From contig JAJDBT010000096.1 of assembly GCA_029261215.1 (NCBI GenBank), positions 2,366-66,365 on the forward strand: 64,000 nucleotides of DNA. Reading direction: 5' to 3'. The translations under genes and the position numbers were made by a program. Numbering within the stretch: position 1 is the first letter of the stretch; the number at the start of each line of letters is the position of its first letter. This DNA comes from Nitrospirota bacterium (lineage in GTDB: Bacteria > Nitrospirota > Nitrospiria > SBBL01 > JAADHI01). Positions 28,628 to 38,923 of the stretch are shown here, one piece after another. The notes beneath the pieces are model-generated. The model was given only the letters and a program-made list of their open reading frames with translations, ran no database searches and was not told where the DNA came from.

Positions 28628-28997
28628 ACTTTCATTTCCAATTCAAAAATTCGGGTCATTCTATGCATCTCAACCGCGTATATCAAGTTCCCTCAAATGC
28701 AGGGATGTCTCCGCTTCCCCTACAATGAGATTCTCTTTAAAGATCTAGAGGAGAGTCCAGTCCTCTAAAAATTTAGTCACCCCTGTTCACGGTCATGACA
28801 CATTTGGGCATTTTCAAACTGAGGCGCGAGCAAAGCCCATCCTTTTCTAAATGACCCTAGGAAACCATATTTTATTGGATCAATTCCTGTAAAGAATACA
28901 AAGATCTCATGAAAAAGCCTCATTTTCCACGAAACCTGCATTGTTTTTGTTATACTGGGTTCACTGAACATCCCATCCTAAACTGACCGGATTCAAG

Positions 28998-30401
28998 ATG
29001 GCCTTCCTTTCAGAGTTGGTAAAGAAAAAGTGGCTATTCATCGGACTGCTTGTCGGTGCAGGCTTGCTCTCGGCTCCCACGCCCGAAGGCTTGACCCCGA
29101 TCGGTATGCGGGCACTCTCTTTAGTCGTTGTCGTTTTTATTTTTTTTGTTACAGAACCCATCCCCCTGCCCGGTGTTGCGCTTTTTATCGCCATTGCACA
29201 AGTTTTGCTCGGACTAGAGCAACCGACTATTGTGGCACAATCTTTTATGAGCGATTCAGTTTTTTTTATCATGGGCTCACTTATGATCGCCACGGCCCTG
29301 GTCAAACAAAACCTCGACAAGCGCATTGCCCTGGCGATTGTGACCGTGACGGGCCCCCGGGTTGATCGCATTATCCTTGGACTTGTGACATGCTCCGCGC
29401 TGCTTGCCTCCTTTATAGGCGAACATACCGTTGCGGCCATGTTGCTTCCCGTCGGGGCCGCCCTCATTAATTACACAAATCGAAACTGGAGAGAAATCAG
29501 AAATCTCTCAGTTTTGATTTTACTTTCAATTGCATATGGGGCGATGATTGCCGGCGCTGGCACGCCTTCCGGAGGCGCACGCAATGCCATTATGCTCGCC
29601 TACTGGAAAAAGCTTTTTGAAGTTAACATGACCTATTTCGAGTGGATGAAATTTGCCTACCCAATGCTCCTGCTTGAGATACCCATTATTTCGGCAATTC
29701 TCTACTACACATTTACACCCGAAACCAAAGATCTCTCCCATGCCGTCTCCGCACTGAAAGAAAAGGTCGCGGAATCGGGTCCCATCACTTCAAAAGAATG
29801 GCTCGCAATCGGAATTTTTATGATAACAGTGTTGATGTGGATGACAATTTCGGATACAATCGGCCTCGGCATCACTGCGTTAATTGGGGTTCTTCTTTTT
29901 TTAATCGCCGGTGTTGTCAAATGGGAAGACCTAAATAATAGTGTGAACTGGGGGACGATTTTAATTTATGGCGGGGCAATCTCACTGGGTATCATGATGA
30001 AACGAACAGGCGTGGCCGAATGGCTTTCTCATTCGTTTCTTGCGTGGGTTGCACCCTTTGGTATTCATAAAGGCCTTCCTCTTTTGGCAGCCATCAGTTT
30101 TTTAACAATGCTCATGGCCACATTTATGAGCAGCGGAGCCACTGTTGGCGTCCTGGGGCCGATCACACTCAACATTGCAAGTTTGTCCGGAACCTCGGTC
30201 ATTGCCGCTGGCTTTATCACCGTCATTTCTTCCTCTTTTTGTTTTCTGACGACCACCGCCTCTCCTGCCTGCAATATCATCTATGGCAGCGGCTACCTAA
30301 AAAAAATCGATTACCTCAAGGCTGGATGGAAACTCGCGATAATCTCCTTCATCCTCGTCCAGATCATCAGTATCGGGTATTGGCGTTTTTTAAGTATTTA
30401 G
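28998..30401 (+). CDS. SLC13/DASS-type (ArsB/NhaD superfamily) anion permease
   Basis: A 467-aa polytopic membrane protein with internally repeated hairpin-like segments (GAGTPSGGARN / SSGATVGVLGP). Substrate unknown. Confidence 0.65.
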   Translation: MAFLSELVKKKWLFIGLLVGAGLLSAPTPEGLTPIGMRALSLVVVVFIFFVTEPIPLPGVALFIAIAQVLLGLEQPTIVAQSFMSDSVFFIMGSLMIATALVKQNLDKRIALAIVTVTGPRVDRIILGLVTCSALLASFIGEHTVAAMLLPVGAALINYTNRNWREIRNLSVLILLSIAYGAMIAGAGTPSGGARNAIMLAYWKKLFEVNMTYFEWMKFAYPMLLLEIPIISAILYYTFTPETKDLSHAVSALKEKVAESGPITSKEWLAIGIFMITVLMWMTISDTIGLGITALIGVLLFLIAGVVKWEDLNNSVNWGTILIYGGAISLGIMMKRTGVAEWLSHSFLAWVAPFGIHKGLPLLAAISFLTMLMATFMSSGATVGVLGPITLNIASLSGTSVIAAGFITVISSSFCFLTTTASPACNIIYGSGYLKKIDYLKAGWKLAIISFILVQIISIGYWRFLSI

Positions 30402-30413
30402 GATGGTCCCGCG

Positions 30414-31361
30414 ATGAAAATATTAATGTGCACGGATGGTGAGGAATATGCGGAGTCAGCCATTCGATTTGGCGGGCGATTGGCGAAAGAAATGAGTGCA
30501 GAGATTAGTGTACTGCATGTTCGACCGCCTATTTCGCCAAGAAACCGTGTCCAGCTGACGACAGCCCGAAAAAAATTAGGAGAATGGAATCTGGAGATTC
30601 CAGGTGTTGATGCCCTGATTCGTGCCAAGGAGATCCTCACAGAAATTGGATTAACGAAGACAACACCCCTGGAAGAAGAGAAAGTCAGCCAGGCCTTTCG
30701 AATTGGCGTGCACGGGGCAACAGAGCTTCACTTGATCGGCCTAAAAGGGGAATTGGTTCGTCTCCGCCTGAGAGAAGGGCACCCCGTCGATGAAATCCTT
30801 GAAGAAACCGACGTAGGGGACTATGATCTGGTCATTGTCGGATCGCGAGGACATAAAGAATTTTCAACACGTTTTGTCGGCAGTACCGCACTTAGAGTCG
30901 CTGACCTTGCCGTTTGCAGTGTATTGATCGCAAAAAACATAAAAGAAGACGACGACTTTTTACTGTGTACAGACGGATCCCGACTTGCTGAAAAAGCAGA
31001 AATCACGGGTGCGGAGATGGCTCAAAAATTAAATGCAAGCATGACCATTCTGTCTATCGCCGAAGACGCAACCTTAGAAAAAGAAGAAGAAGCAAGACAG
31101 CTCACCCGGCGCGCAGAAATGATTTTGGCGCAAATGGGGATTAAGGCCAATCAAAAAGTACGTGTCGGCCGGCCTTCCGAAGAAATTATAGATGAAGCAA
31201 AGGACCACGATATTGTGGTAATGGGATCAAGCGGCAGCTCTGCCGTAAAAAAATTCTTTTTGGGAAGCACGCCACTAAGAGTGATTGAATATGGAGAATG
31301 CCCTGTGCTAATCGTTAGGGAAAAGCGCGGGAAAATATCATTACAGGAGACAACCTTATGA
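30414..31361 (+). CDS. Tandem universal stress protein (two UspA domains)
   Basis: Two repeats each end in the ATP-binding-type motif: DLVIVGSRGHKEFSTRFVGSTALRV and IVVMGSSGSSAVKKFFLGSTPLRVIEYGECPVLIV. Confidence 0.85.
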   Translation: MKILMCTDGEEYAESAIRFGGRLAKEMSAEISVLHVRPPISPRNRVQLTTARKKLGEWNLEIPGVDALIRAKEILTEIGLTKTTPLEEEKVSQAFRIGVHGATELHLIGLKGELVRLRLREGHPVDEILEETDVGDYDLVIVGSRGHKEFSTRFVGSTALRVADLAVCSVLIAKNIKEDDDFLLCTDGSRLAEKAEITGAEMAQKLNASMTILSIAEDATLEKEEEARQLTRRAEMILAQMGIKANQKVRVGRPSEEIIDEAKDHDIVVMGSSGSSAVKKFFLGSTPLRVIEYGECPVLIVREKRGKISLQETTL

Positions 31362-31379
31362 TGAAAAACAGGAGTACTT

Positions 31380-31469
31380 ATGTCAAGTGTCATTAAAAAA
31401 CGAAGAAAAAAAATGAGCAAACATAAACACAGAAAACAACTCAAAAAAATGAGACATAAACGCAAGTAA
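31380..31469 (+). CDS. 29-aa basic micro-protein, bS22-like (AURKAIP1/COX24-type) candidate ribosomal protein
   Basis: It is below the ORF-track size cutoff. ATG 31380 is preceded by AGGAG (31370-31374). The translation [29 protein letters not shown] closely resembles my recollection of the mycobacterial bS22 sequence ([21 protein letters not shown]...). Confidence 0.65.
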   Translation: [29 protein letters not shown]

Positions 31470-31596
31470 GATCTTGTTTTTATCTTGTCTTTTGTAAACG
31501 CTATTTTAAATACCTACCTGAAAGATTGGTTCTTTACAACAGATCTTGCAGCGCGATATAGTGGGAAAAATAAGTTGATTTGACCCGGAGGGAGTA

Positions 31597-32673
31597 ATGT
31601 CAGAAATAACAGAACCATTGATTCTAGAGACACTCAAACAAGTCATTGAGCCCGGCCTTTCAGACGATATCGTCTCATTGGGCCGTGTGAAAAACATAAA
31701 AATTGATGGCAAAGACATCTCATTTGAAGTCGCCCTCCCCTCTCCCGGAGCCCCATTAAAATCGGAAATCACCCGACTTTCAAAAGAAACGCTGCAAAGA
31801 CGCTTTCCGGAGATCGGTAAAATCAAGATCGATTTCCCAGTACCAAGCACGGTAGGCAACAATCCAGAACAATCGGGAGCGCTTCCCGGGGTCCAGAATA
31901 TTATTGCAATCAGCAGTGGTAAGGGCGGCGTTGGGAAATCAACCGTGAGCGTCAACCTGGCGGTGGCTCTGGCAAAAACGGGGGCAAGTGTCGGATTGCT
32001 GGATGCCGATATTTATGGGCCGAACATCCCCCTGATGATGGGGATTAAGTCACCCCCCGCCCCAAAAGGCGAAAAAATTTCCCCTGCCGAAAATCACGGA
32101 GTGCGATTTATCTCGATGGCTTTTTTTGTCCCGGAAGACACCCCGATGATCTGGCGAGGGCCGATGGTGCATGGCGCCATTCAACAACTCATTCGCGATG
32201 TTGCCTGGGGTGAGCTTGATTTTCTCCTGGTGGATCTGCCTCCCGGCACCGGAGATGCCCAGCTCTCAATCGCGCAAATTGTACCCTTAACGGGTGCTGT
32301 CATTGTGACCACTCCGCAGGAAGTCTCTCTGCTCGATTCCAAAAAAGGTTTGGCCATGTTTAAGAAGGTAAACGTTCCCATTCTCGGTATTATTGAGAAC
32401 ATGAGTTACTTCGAGTGCCCACACTGTCATGAAACCACAGAAATCTTCAGCCGCGGTGGCGGGCGACTCGCCGCAGAGAAATTAGATATCCGCTTTCTTG
32501 GAGAAGTCCCCATTGACCCTGCTATTCGAATAGGGGGAGATACGGGCAAGCCGATTGTAATGGCGGATCCAAGTTCGCCACAATCACTTGCATTTATCCA
32601 AATTGCAAAAAATCTGACGGAACAGGTCGCTTCAAAAAATTCAGAAAAAATTTCTCTGAATATCATTCAGTAA
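31597..32673 (+). CDS. apbC: Mrp/ApbC/NBP35-family Fe-S cluster carrier ATPase with N-terminal DUF59-like domain
   Basis: Deviant Walker A SGKGGVGKSTVSVNLA, plus LLVDLPPGTGD and the CxxC motif ECPHCH. Confidence 0.9.
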   Translation: MSEITEPLILETLKQVIEPGLSDDIVSLGRVKNIKIDGKDISFEVALPSPGAPLKSEITRLSKETLQRRFPEIGKIKIDFPVPSTVGNNPEQSGALPGVQNIIAISSGKGGVGKSTVSVNLAVALAKTGASVGLLDADIYGPNIPLMMGIKSPPAPKGEKISPAENHGVRFISMAFFVPEDTPMIWRGPMVHGAIQQLIRDVAWGELDFLLVDLPPGTGDAQLSIAQIVPLTGAVIVTTPQEVSLLDSKKGLAMFKKVNVPILGIIENMSYFECPHCHETTEIFSRGGGRLAAEKLDIRFLGEVPIDPAIRIGGDTGKPIVMADPSSPQSLAFIQIAKNLTEQVASKNSEKISLNIIQ

Positions 32674-32737
32674 CAACACACGATACTCAAAAAAACCAAA
32701 CGGGGCATACCCCTAAAATACGCAAACGGGTTAAAAA

Positions 32738-32772
32738 GCCTCCGGAAGATCTCCTTTCCAGCTTCCGGAGGC
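32738..32772 (+). terminator. Possible terminator after apbC
   Basis: An 11-bp perfect stem (gcctccggaag / cttccggaggc) followed by T-rich sequence. The 13-nt loop is unusually large. Confidence 0.4.
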
Positions 32773-32893
32773 GTCTATTTCTTGCCTTTTATTGAGGCGC
32801 ATAGTATCTTTAACCCCATATGCATGGTAGTTCATTCAGAGTGCAGACTACGCCACCTCTGTCTTAGATTTTAACGCACTGCTTAGGAGCATC

Positions 32894-34315
32894 ATGCTCA
32901 AACAAAAAGCCAAATTGATCGCTATTTTTCTTTATCTGACAGAAATGATCATTCTGGTTGCCGCATTTTTTCTTTCCTTTTACATTCGCGACATCTTTTT
33001 TTCGGCATATTTTGGGCCTCTGATTCCAATCGAACAGAGCCAATGGCTGATTTACATCATTCTGCCTGTTTGGTCTATTCTTCTGTTTTATTTCAGAACA
33101 TACGAATCTCAGCGCACAAAACCATTGACCGAAGAAGTCTGGAAAGTCAGCGGGGTCTCTTTTTTTGGGCCGGTCATTCTTATGTCTATTGTCTTTCTGC
33201 TGAAAGTTGAATATATCAGTCGTCTTTTTATCGGGATATTTGGAATAACAGCCTGGCTGCTTCTCATCTCAGAACGATGTCTGCTTCGATTATATGCACG
33301 CTATGTCAGACGACAAGGCTTTAATTACAGAAATATCATTATCATCGGCACGGGTCGGCGCGCCCGGGAAATGAAAGACCTGATTGATCAACACAAAGAA
33401 TGGGGACTGCGTCTCGTCGGTTTTGTCTGTGAGCTACCCGATATCCGCCTCAACCAGATTAAAGATGTCCCTGTCTTGGGAGATGTCTCAGCCTTACCTC
33501 AAATGCTGGAACAACACGTCGTCGATGAGTTAATTTTTGCGGTCTCCAGAAAAAGACTGGAAGGACTTGAAGAAATTTTCCTTTTATGTGAAGAGCAGGG
33601 GATTCGAACCCGTATTGCCGTGAACTTTTTCCCACACATGCTGGCCAAGGTTCATCTGGATGAATTTCATGGGGTCCCGCTACTCACCTTTACCACCACT
33701 CCTCACAATGAATTTCTGCTAATGTCTAAACGGCTTTTTGATATTGTCATCGCCTTGACCTTGATGCTCCTGTTTCTTCCGCTGACCATCTTGATCACAC
33801 TGGCAATCAGATCAACATCAAAAGGAGAGGTGCTTTTCAAACAAACCCGTGTCGGTCTTAACGGACGGCATTTCACCCTCTATAAATTTCGATCCATGTG
33901 TCGGGATGCGGCGGCAAGACAAAGTGAAGTCGCTCACCTGAATGCAATGGACGGCCCTGCGTTCAAGGCCTTTAACGATCCGCGTTTAACGTCCATTGGC
34001 TGCTTTCTTCGGAGAATGAGCCTGGATGAAATCCCGCAGCTTTATAATGTTTTAATGGGAGACATGAGCATTGTGGGACCTCGTCCGCCTCTTCCGGAAG
34101 AGGTCAAACAATATAAACGCTGGCACCGCCGACGTCTTTCCATGAAACCGGGCCTGACCTGCCTTTGGCAAATCGGGGGGCGCAATAACATCAGTGATTT
34201 CAAAAAATGGATGGAAATGGATCTTCGTTATATCGACAACTGGTCATTACAACTCGACCTTAAAATCTTTTTAAAAACCATTTTCGTTGTACTCGCAGGT
34301 CGAGGCGCGTCTTAA
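32894..34315 (+). CDS. Polyprenyl-phosphate hexose-1-phosphate transferase (WbaP/exopolysaccharide initiating sugar transferase)
   Basis: N-terminal TM block, a central Rossmann-like region (IIIIGTGRRA), and a C-terminal bacterial sugar transferase domain (KRLFDIV...LYKFRSM...DEIPQL...GDMSIVGPRP). Confidence 0.85.
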   Translation: MLKQKAKLIAIFLYLTEMIILVAAFFLSFYIRDIFFSAYFGPLIPIEQSQWLIYIILPVWSILLFYFRTYESQRTKPLTEEVWKVSGVSFFGPVILMSIVFLLKVEYISRLFIGIFGITAWLLLISERCLLRLYARYVRRQGFNYRNIIIIGTGRRAREMKDLIDQHKEWGLRLVGFVCELPDIRLNQIKDVPVLGDVSALPQMLEQHVVDELIFAVSRKRLEGLEEIFLLCEEQGIRTRIAVNFFPHMLAKVHLDEFHGVPLLTFTTTPHNEFLLMSKRLFDIVIALTLMLLFLPLTILITLAIRSTSKGEVLFKQTRVGLNGRHFTLYKFRSMCRDAAARQSEVAHLNAMDGPAFKAFNDPRLTSIGCFLRRMSLDEIPQLYNVLMGDMSIVGPRPPLPEEVKQYKRWHRRRLSMKPGLTCLWQIGGRNNISDFKKWMEMDLRYIDNWSLQLDLKIFLKTIFVVLAGRGAS

Positions 34316-34339
34316 GCGCGCCGTCACTTATTCACCGCT

Positions 34340-35173
34340 TTGGGCCATCCACTGACTCTGCCCCCGATCACATCCTCCGAAATACCCCTTTTAAACATAC
34401 ACTTTATCGATGTCGGTTATGGGGACGCGATACTGCTTCAAATTCCGGAAGGCCTTTCAATACTCATTGATGGAGGAAAGCCAGAAGCCGCGCCCAAGGT
34501 CATCGCGCAACTTAAAAAATGGGGCATTAAAAAACTAGACTATCTCTTTATTACACACTTTCATAAAGATCACGCAGGCGGCCTTGGCCCCATTTTAGAA
34601 ACATACATTCCAAAACCTACATCTAAGCTTGAAGATACCGAGATACTACTTCCCTTCTCCCCTTTAGAGACCGAAATTCATGAAGCAGTACAAGATGTTG
34701 TCGATGCCCTCAAACACTATTCACTCAAAATAATCCGGCGTGGAGAACAAATTACCCCCTCTCCTCACATTCAAATAAAGGTCCTTCACCCCAAAACCCT
34801 GACGGGCGATCAAAATGAAGATTCCCTCGTTTTAAAAATTATGCACGGAGCAAACTCTTTTCTGCTGGCGGCCGATGCCGGACTCAATACACAGCAAGAA
34901 CTCATTGATATTTATGGCAAACAGCTTCAAGCCGACCTCATCAAAATACCGCATCACGCCAATGAAACAAGGGCTCATCAACCTTTTATCGACGCGGTCA
35001 ATCCCACAATCGCCATCCTGAGCATCGGCCCAAATGACTATCAAGCCCCTAATCCCACAATTTTAGAGGCCTACCAAAAGACGGGAGCAGAGCTTTTCCG
35101 AAGCGACCATCATGGAAATATTCACATTAAAAGTGACGGACAAAGCCTTCAGGTCATCACGGAAAAGACATGA
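34340..35173 (+). CDS. MBL-fold metallo-hydrolase (ComEC C-terminal-domain-like)
   Basis: IHFIDVGYGDAILLQ and HFHKDHAGG motifs. The TTG start from the track is uncertain. Confidence 0.7.
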   Translation: MGHPLTLPPITSSEIPLLNIHFIDVGYGDAILLQIPEGLSILIDGGKPEAAPKVIAQLKKWGIKKLDYLFITHFHKDHAGGLGPILETYIPKPTSKLEDTEILLPFSPLETEIHEAVQDVVDALKHYSLKIIRRGEQITPSPHIQIKVLHPKTLTGDQNEDSLVLKIMHGANSFLLAADAGLNTQQELIDIYGKQLQADLIKIPHHANETRAHQPFIDAVNPTIAILSIGPNDYQAPNPTILEAYQKTGAELFRSDHHGNIHIKSDGQSLQVITEKT

Positions 35174-35661
35174 AGGGCTGGGGCATTGTTTTCCTTTATA
35201 CCCTTCTAACCTATCTCTCACTTCCTTTTACCCGTGAGTGGCTGCGATTTTTCCGGAAAACCCTGGGCTCCGGGTTTAATCTTTCAATCAATCTTTTCAT
35301 GCTTGCAGTCGGACTGCTTATCGCCATATGGGTATTCAAAATAGCGACAAAAATGGCATTCTGGGTTTTTATGGGCCTCTTTGCCCTATTACTGCTTCTC
35401 GGCTCGCAAATCCAGATTTCGGAAGAACGGATGCACCTGCTCCAATATGGCCTCCTCGGCTACTTGATCTCCTCAGCCATTGCCCCCAAAGTTTCTCTCA
35501 TCGCACGCATTGGCACCCTCTTTCTCATCGGAACAGCGGTTGCTTTGGGAGACGAGATCGTCCAATGGGCGCTTCCCAGCCGGGTTTTTGATTGGTGGGA
35601 TGTCAGTTACAACCTTGTCGGCCTTACTTTTGGGGCCAGCATTTTTCACATCCTGAAATAG
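35170..35661 (+). CDS. VanZ-like membrane protein
   Basis: Four or five TM segments and the motif GDEIVQWALPSRVFDWWDVSYNLVG. It overlaps the upstream stop by 4 nt. Confidence 0.7.
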   Translation: MKGWGIVFLYTLLTYLSLPFTREWLRFFRKTLGSGFNLSINLFMLAVGLLIAIWVFKIATKMAFWVFMGLFALLLLLGSQIQISEERMHLLQYGLLGYLISSAIAPKVSLIARIGTLFLIGTAVALGDEIVQWALPSRVFDWWDVSYNLVGLTFGASIFHILK

Positions 35662-35722
35662 AGGAATATTCCCCCATGCTTTCGATTGTCAATCTCGGAG
35701 TTCCCCTGTTATACTTAAGCCC

Positions 35723-38491
35723 ATGCCCTCCAAATTTAATCCCTTATGTGAATTGATCGGACACGAAAAGGTGCTCACCGACGCACCTTCGATTACCGCC
35801 TATTCCATTGATGCCAGTATCTATAAGGCCGTGCCCGAAGCCATTGTTTTAATTCACTCGGCCCGTGATCTCGAACAGACGCTTGAATTTGCAAAAGCAC
35901 AGCATATCCCGCTCACCGCACGAAGCGGTGGAACCAATCTCACAGGAAATGCCGTGGGAGAAGGGATCATCCTCGAATTTTCTCAGCTTCATCAAATTCT
36001 GGAAGTCAATCAACATGAAAAGTGGGCCCGCATTCAACCCGGCATCGTCTACGCCGAGCTTAACAAAACACTTGCAGAACAGACACTGCTTTTTGCGCCG
36101 GATCCTTCAAGCGGAGACATGTGTAAACTGGGCGGCATGATGGGCAATAATGCCGCCGGTCCACATACCTTAAAATATGGCGCAACAAAAGATAATGTAT
36201 TGGAAATGAAGATTCTTCTGGCCAATGGCCGCTGGATCACCGCAAAGGACTATCGACTGGATGACCCACTGCTGCAACAAGTCCTTCAGGAAAACCCGCT
36301 GCTTCAAGACTTGTACGAGCTTATTCGAGAAAACAAAGACCTGATTTTATCCCAGCGCAAAAAAATTTCAAAAAACTCTTCCGGCTACAACCTTTTTGCG
36401 CTTGCCGAAGGATTAGACGAGGGTCGCTTTCCCTTACACCAATTGTTCATTGGCAGCGAGGGCACCCTGGGGCTCACACTTGAGGCAAAGATCCGACTTG
36501 TACCCAAACCCATTGAGGTTGCAACAGGTTTAATCTATTTGAAAACGCTTTCGGATGTCGGTGCGGTTGTCGCCCGCTTATTGCCGCTTGCGCCCAGCGC
36601 ACTCGAAATGATGGACAGCAATTCCCTCGATCTGGTGGGCCGGGAAGACTTTCACATCCCAAAAGAAGCTGCGGTCATGCTCCTGCTCGAATTCGACGAA
36701 TCGGCCCGGACACAGATGCAACGCGCTCAGAACGTGATTGTCACTTTTGATCTCGCCGCGCCCATGCGTATTGCCTACGATCCTGAAGAAACCGCAGCAC
36801 TTTGGCAAATTCGAAAAGCAATGTACCCGACGCTTTATCGATTTGATGAAAAAAAGCGGCCCATCAATTTTGCTGATGATGTTGTGGTTGCCGCTGCCCG
36901 CATTCCCGAACTGGTCGATTACCTCGAAAAACTTTTTCATGAAAAAGGCGTCGCGGTCGCCATTTATGGTCATATCGGTGACGGAAACGCCCATATCAAT
37001 CCTTTGCTCAACTTGAATGATCCCGCTGACTTTAATCACATGATCGAACTTTCGCAAGAAATCCACGAAACCGTCATTGAACGATTTGGCGGCTCCCTTT
37101 GCGGAGAACATGGAGACGGCCGTGTACGGGCTGAATTTCTTAAAAAGTTATATGGGCCTGAATTGTATGACCTCTTCAAACAGGTGAAACACCTTTTTGA
37201 TCCAGAACAGATTTTAAATCCCGGTATTAAAATTTCAGAGGTGCCCTTTACCGAAAAAATCGACCTGCATCGTCTATCAAAAAAATGCGCCACCTGCGCA
37301 AAGTGTAATTCTGTTTGCCCGGTTTATGATGTCAAAAGGGAAGAATCCAATGCGGCCAGGGGATGGTTTCACATTTTGACAGACCCCCAATATAATTATG
37401 AGACCTCCGCGCGTGTGGTCGAGGCCTGTATTAATTGCAAATCCTGCCGAACAGTCTGCCCTGCGGGCATTGATGTGTCTGAATATATTTTAAAGGCACG
37501 TGAAGCGAGACCAAACAAAACCGCCGGAAAACTGTTTGCCCTGCAAGCCCATACCCGACGCTTTGAGACACTGCTTAAGATCGCAGCCTACACACAAGAC
37601 CTATGGGATACAAAGATCGTCAGGAAGGTGCTTGAGCCGCTCTCTCATGCTTTTTTAAAAGGACTTGCACCCACGGCACGGATTCCCGCAGAAATGACAC
37701 TGCCCTGTATCGCAAAAAAGACCCTGCGAACGCGATATCCTGAACACGTTCATGCACAATCAAACCTGGCCTATTTTCATGGCTGCGCCGCAAACTACCT
37801 GGATGACGGCGTGGGCGATGCCGTCATCGCACTTTTAAAACAGCACAAACTCACACCCGCGCTGCCCGCCCAGCGCTGCTCCGGCACTCCGATTCAAACT
37901 TATGGGTTTAACGACAGGGTGCGGGAAAATGCGCGTTTTAATCTCGACAGCCTCGAATCTTACGAAAAAGTGGTCACGGGCTGTGCATCCTGCACCTTTA
38001 TGCTGAAAGACTATGCACCCTTATTTGAGGATGAAAAAGATCAGGGCTATCGGCAAAAAGCTGAAAAACTGGCCTCAAAGGTTGTACATATCTCGGAATT
38101 AATCCTGGATTCCCCCAAAGAAAACGGCGAGATTGAAACAAATGAAGACACCCCCCTGCACAAAGAACGCGTGACCTATCACTCTTCCTGCCATTTGCGC
38201 GCGGCCGGAGTCAGTCAGCAGCCGAGAACCTTGCTGCGGTCTTCGCCCAAGATTTCATACATTGAAATGCCCGATGCGGATCGATGTGCTGGCGGCGCCG
38301 GTACTTTTTGTTTTAAAAACCCGGAACAGTCTGCGGAAATGTTTGAACGAAAACGACGCGGCATCGAAAAAACAGGCGCTGAAACAGTGGCCACCTCCTG
38401 CCCTGCTTGCATGATTCAACTCAACAACGGACTCAAAGGCACCGTCAAAGTAAAACATATCGCGCAAGTCCTGCTCGATCATCATCAGTAA
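35723..38491 (+). CDS. FAD-linked oxidase (GlcD-like) fused to a 2x[4Fe-4S] plus CCG-domain (GlcF-like) module
   Basis: An N-terminal FAD-binding PCMH-type domain (RSGGTNLTGNAVG), then CATCAKCNSVCP and CINCKSCRTVCP clusters, then two Cys-rich CCG-type regions (HGCAANY..., SSCHLRA...CAGGAGTF). Confidence 0.85.
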   Translation: MPSKFNPLCELIGHEKVLTDAPSITAYSIDASIYKAVPEAIVLIHSARDLEQTLEFAKAQHIPLTARSGGTNLTGNAVGEGIILEFSQLHQILEVNQHEKWARIQPGIVYAELNKTLAEQTLLFAPDPSSGDMCKLGGMMGNNAAGPHTLKYGATKDNVLEMKILLANGRWITAKDYRLDDPLLQQVLQENPLLQDLYELIRENKDLILSQRKKISKNSSGYNLFALAEGLDEGRFPLHQLFIGSEGTLGLTLEAKIRLVPKPIEVATGLIYLKTLSDVGAVVARLLPLAPSALEMMDSNSLDLVGREDFHIPKEAAVMLLLEFDESARTQMQRAQNVIVTFDLAAPMRIAYDPEETAALWQIRKAMYPTLYRFDEKKRPINFADDVVVAAARIPELVDYLEKLFHEKGVAVAIYGHIGDGNAHINPLLNLNDPADFNHMIELSQEIHETVIERFGGSLCGEHGDGRVRAEFLKKLYGPELYDLFKQVKHLFDPEQILNPGIKISEVPFTEKIDLHRLSKKCATCAKCNSVCPVYDVKREESNAARGWFHILTDPQYNYETSARVVEACINCKSCRTVCPAGIDVSEYILKAREARPNKTAGKLFALQAHTRRFETLLKIAAYTQDLWDTKIVRKVLEPLSHAFLKGLAPTARIPAEMTLPCIAKKTLRTRYPEHVHAQSNLAYFHGCAANYLDDGVGDAVIALLKQHKLTPALPAQRCSGTPIQTYGFNDRVRENARFNLDSLESYEKVVTGCASCTFMLKDYAPLFEDEKDQGYRQKAEKLASKVVHISELILDSPKENGEIETNEDTPLHKERVTYHSSCHLRAAGVSQQPRTLLRSSPKISYIEMPDADRCAGGAGTFCFKNPEQSAEMFERKRRGIEKTGAETVATSCPACMIQLNNGLKGTVKVKHIAQVLLDHHQ

Positions 38492-38560
38492 GAAATCTTA
38501 GGCTCGACAACACGTCCACACTGAACGACCGTTTCCAACAAAACCTGATTTTGCTAAAAA

Positions 38561-38923
38561 TCACTTCGCATATTTTTGAATCGTGACATACAGCGCATTC
38601 AAAGAGAAGGGTTTTAAGAGAAACGCGACAGAACCGGCCTTTCCCAAGGCTTGAATGGCTTCTTCCTGATCTAAATGACCTGACATAAAAATAAAGGGCA
38701 GTGTTACATTTTGTTTCCGGATTCTTTTATAGAGCGCAATACCGTCGATATCCGGAAGCCGAACATCTGTGACAATCACCTGAAAAAAATCAGGGTCTTT
38801 GTCAAATAGCGAAAAAGCCGCTTCCCCAGTTCGGGCGGTTTTGACCTGAAGTTCTTTTGTTCCTAAAAAATAAGCAATCATCTCAAGGATCTGCGCTTCA
38901 TCATCGATCACCAACACATTCAC
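38561..38923 (-). CDS. Single-domain response regulator
   Basis: VLVIDDE...VIVTDVRLPDIDG...FIFMSGH...LLKPF. The GTG start overlaps the kinase stop (GTGA). Confidence 0.85.
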   Translation of the reverse strand: MNVLVIDDEAQILEMIAYFLGTKELQVKTARTGEAAFSLFDKDPDFFQVIVTDVRLPDIDGIALYKRIRKQNVTLPFIFMSGHLDQEEAIQALGKAGSVAFLLKPFSLNALYVTIQKYAK

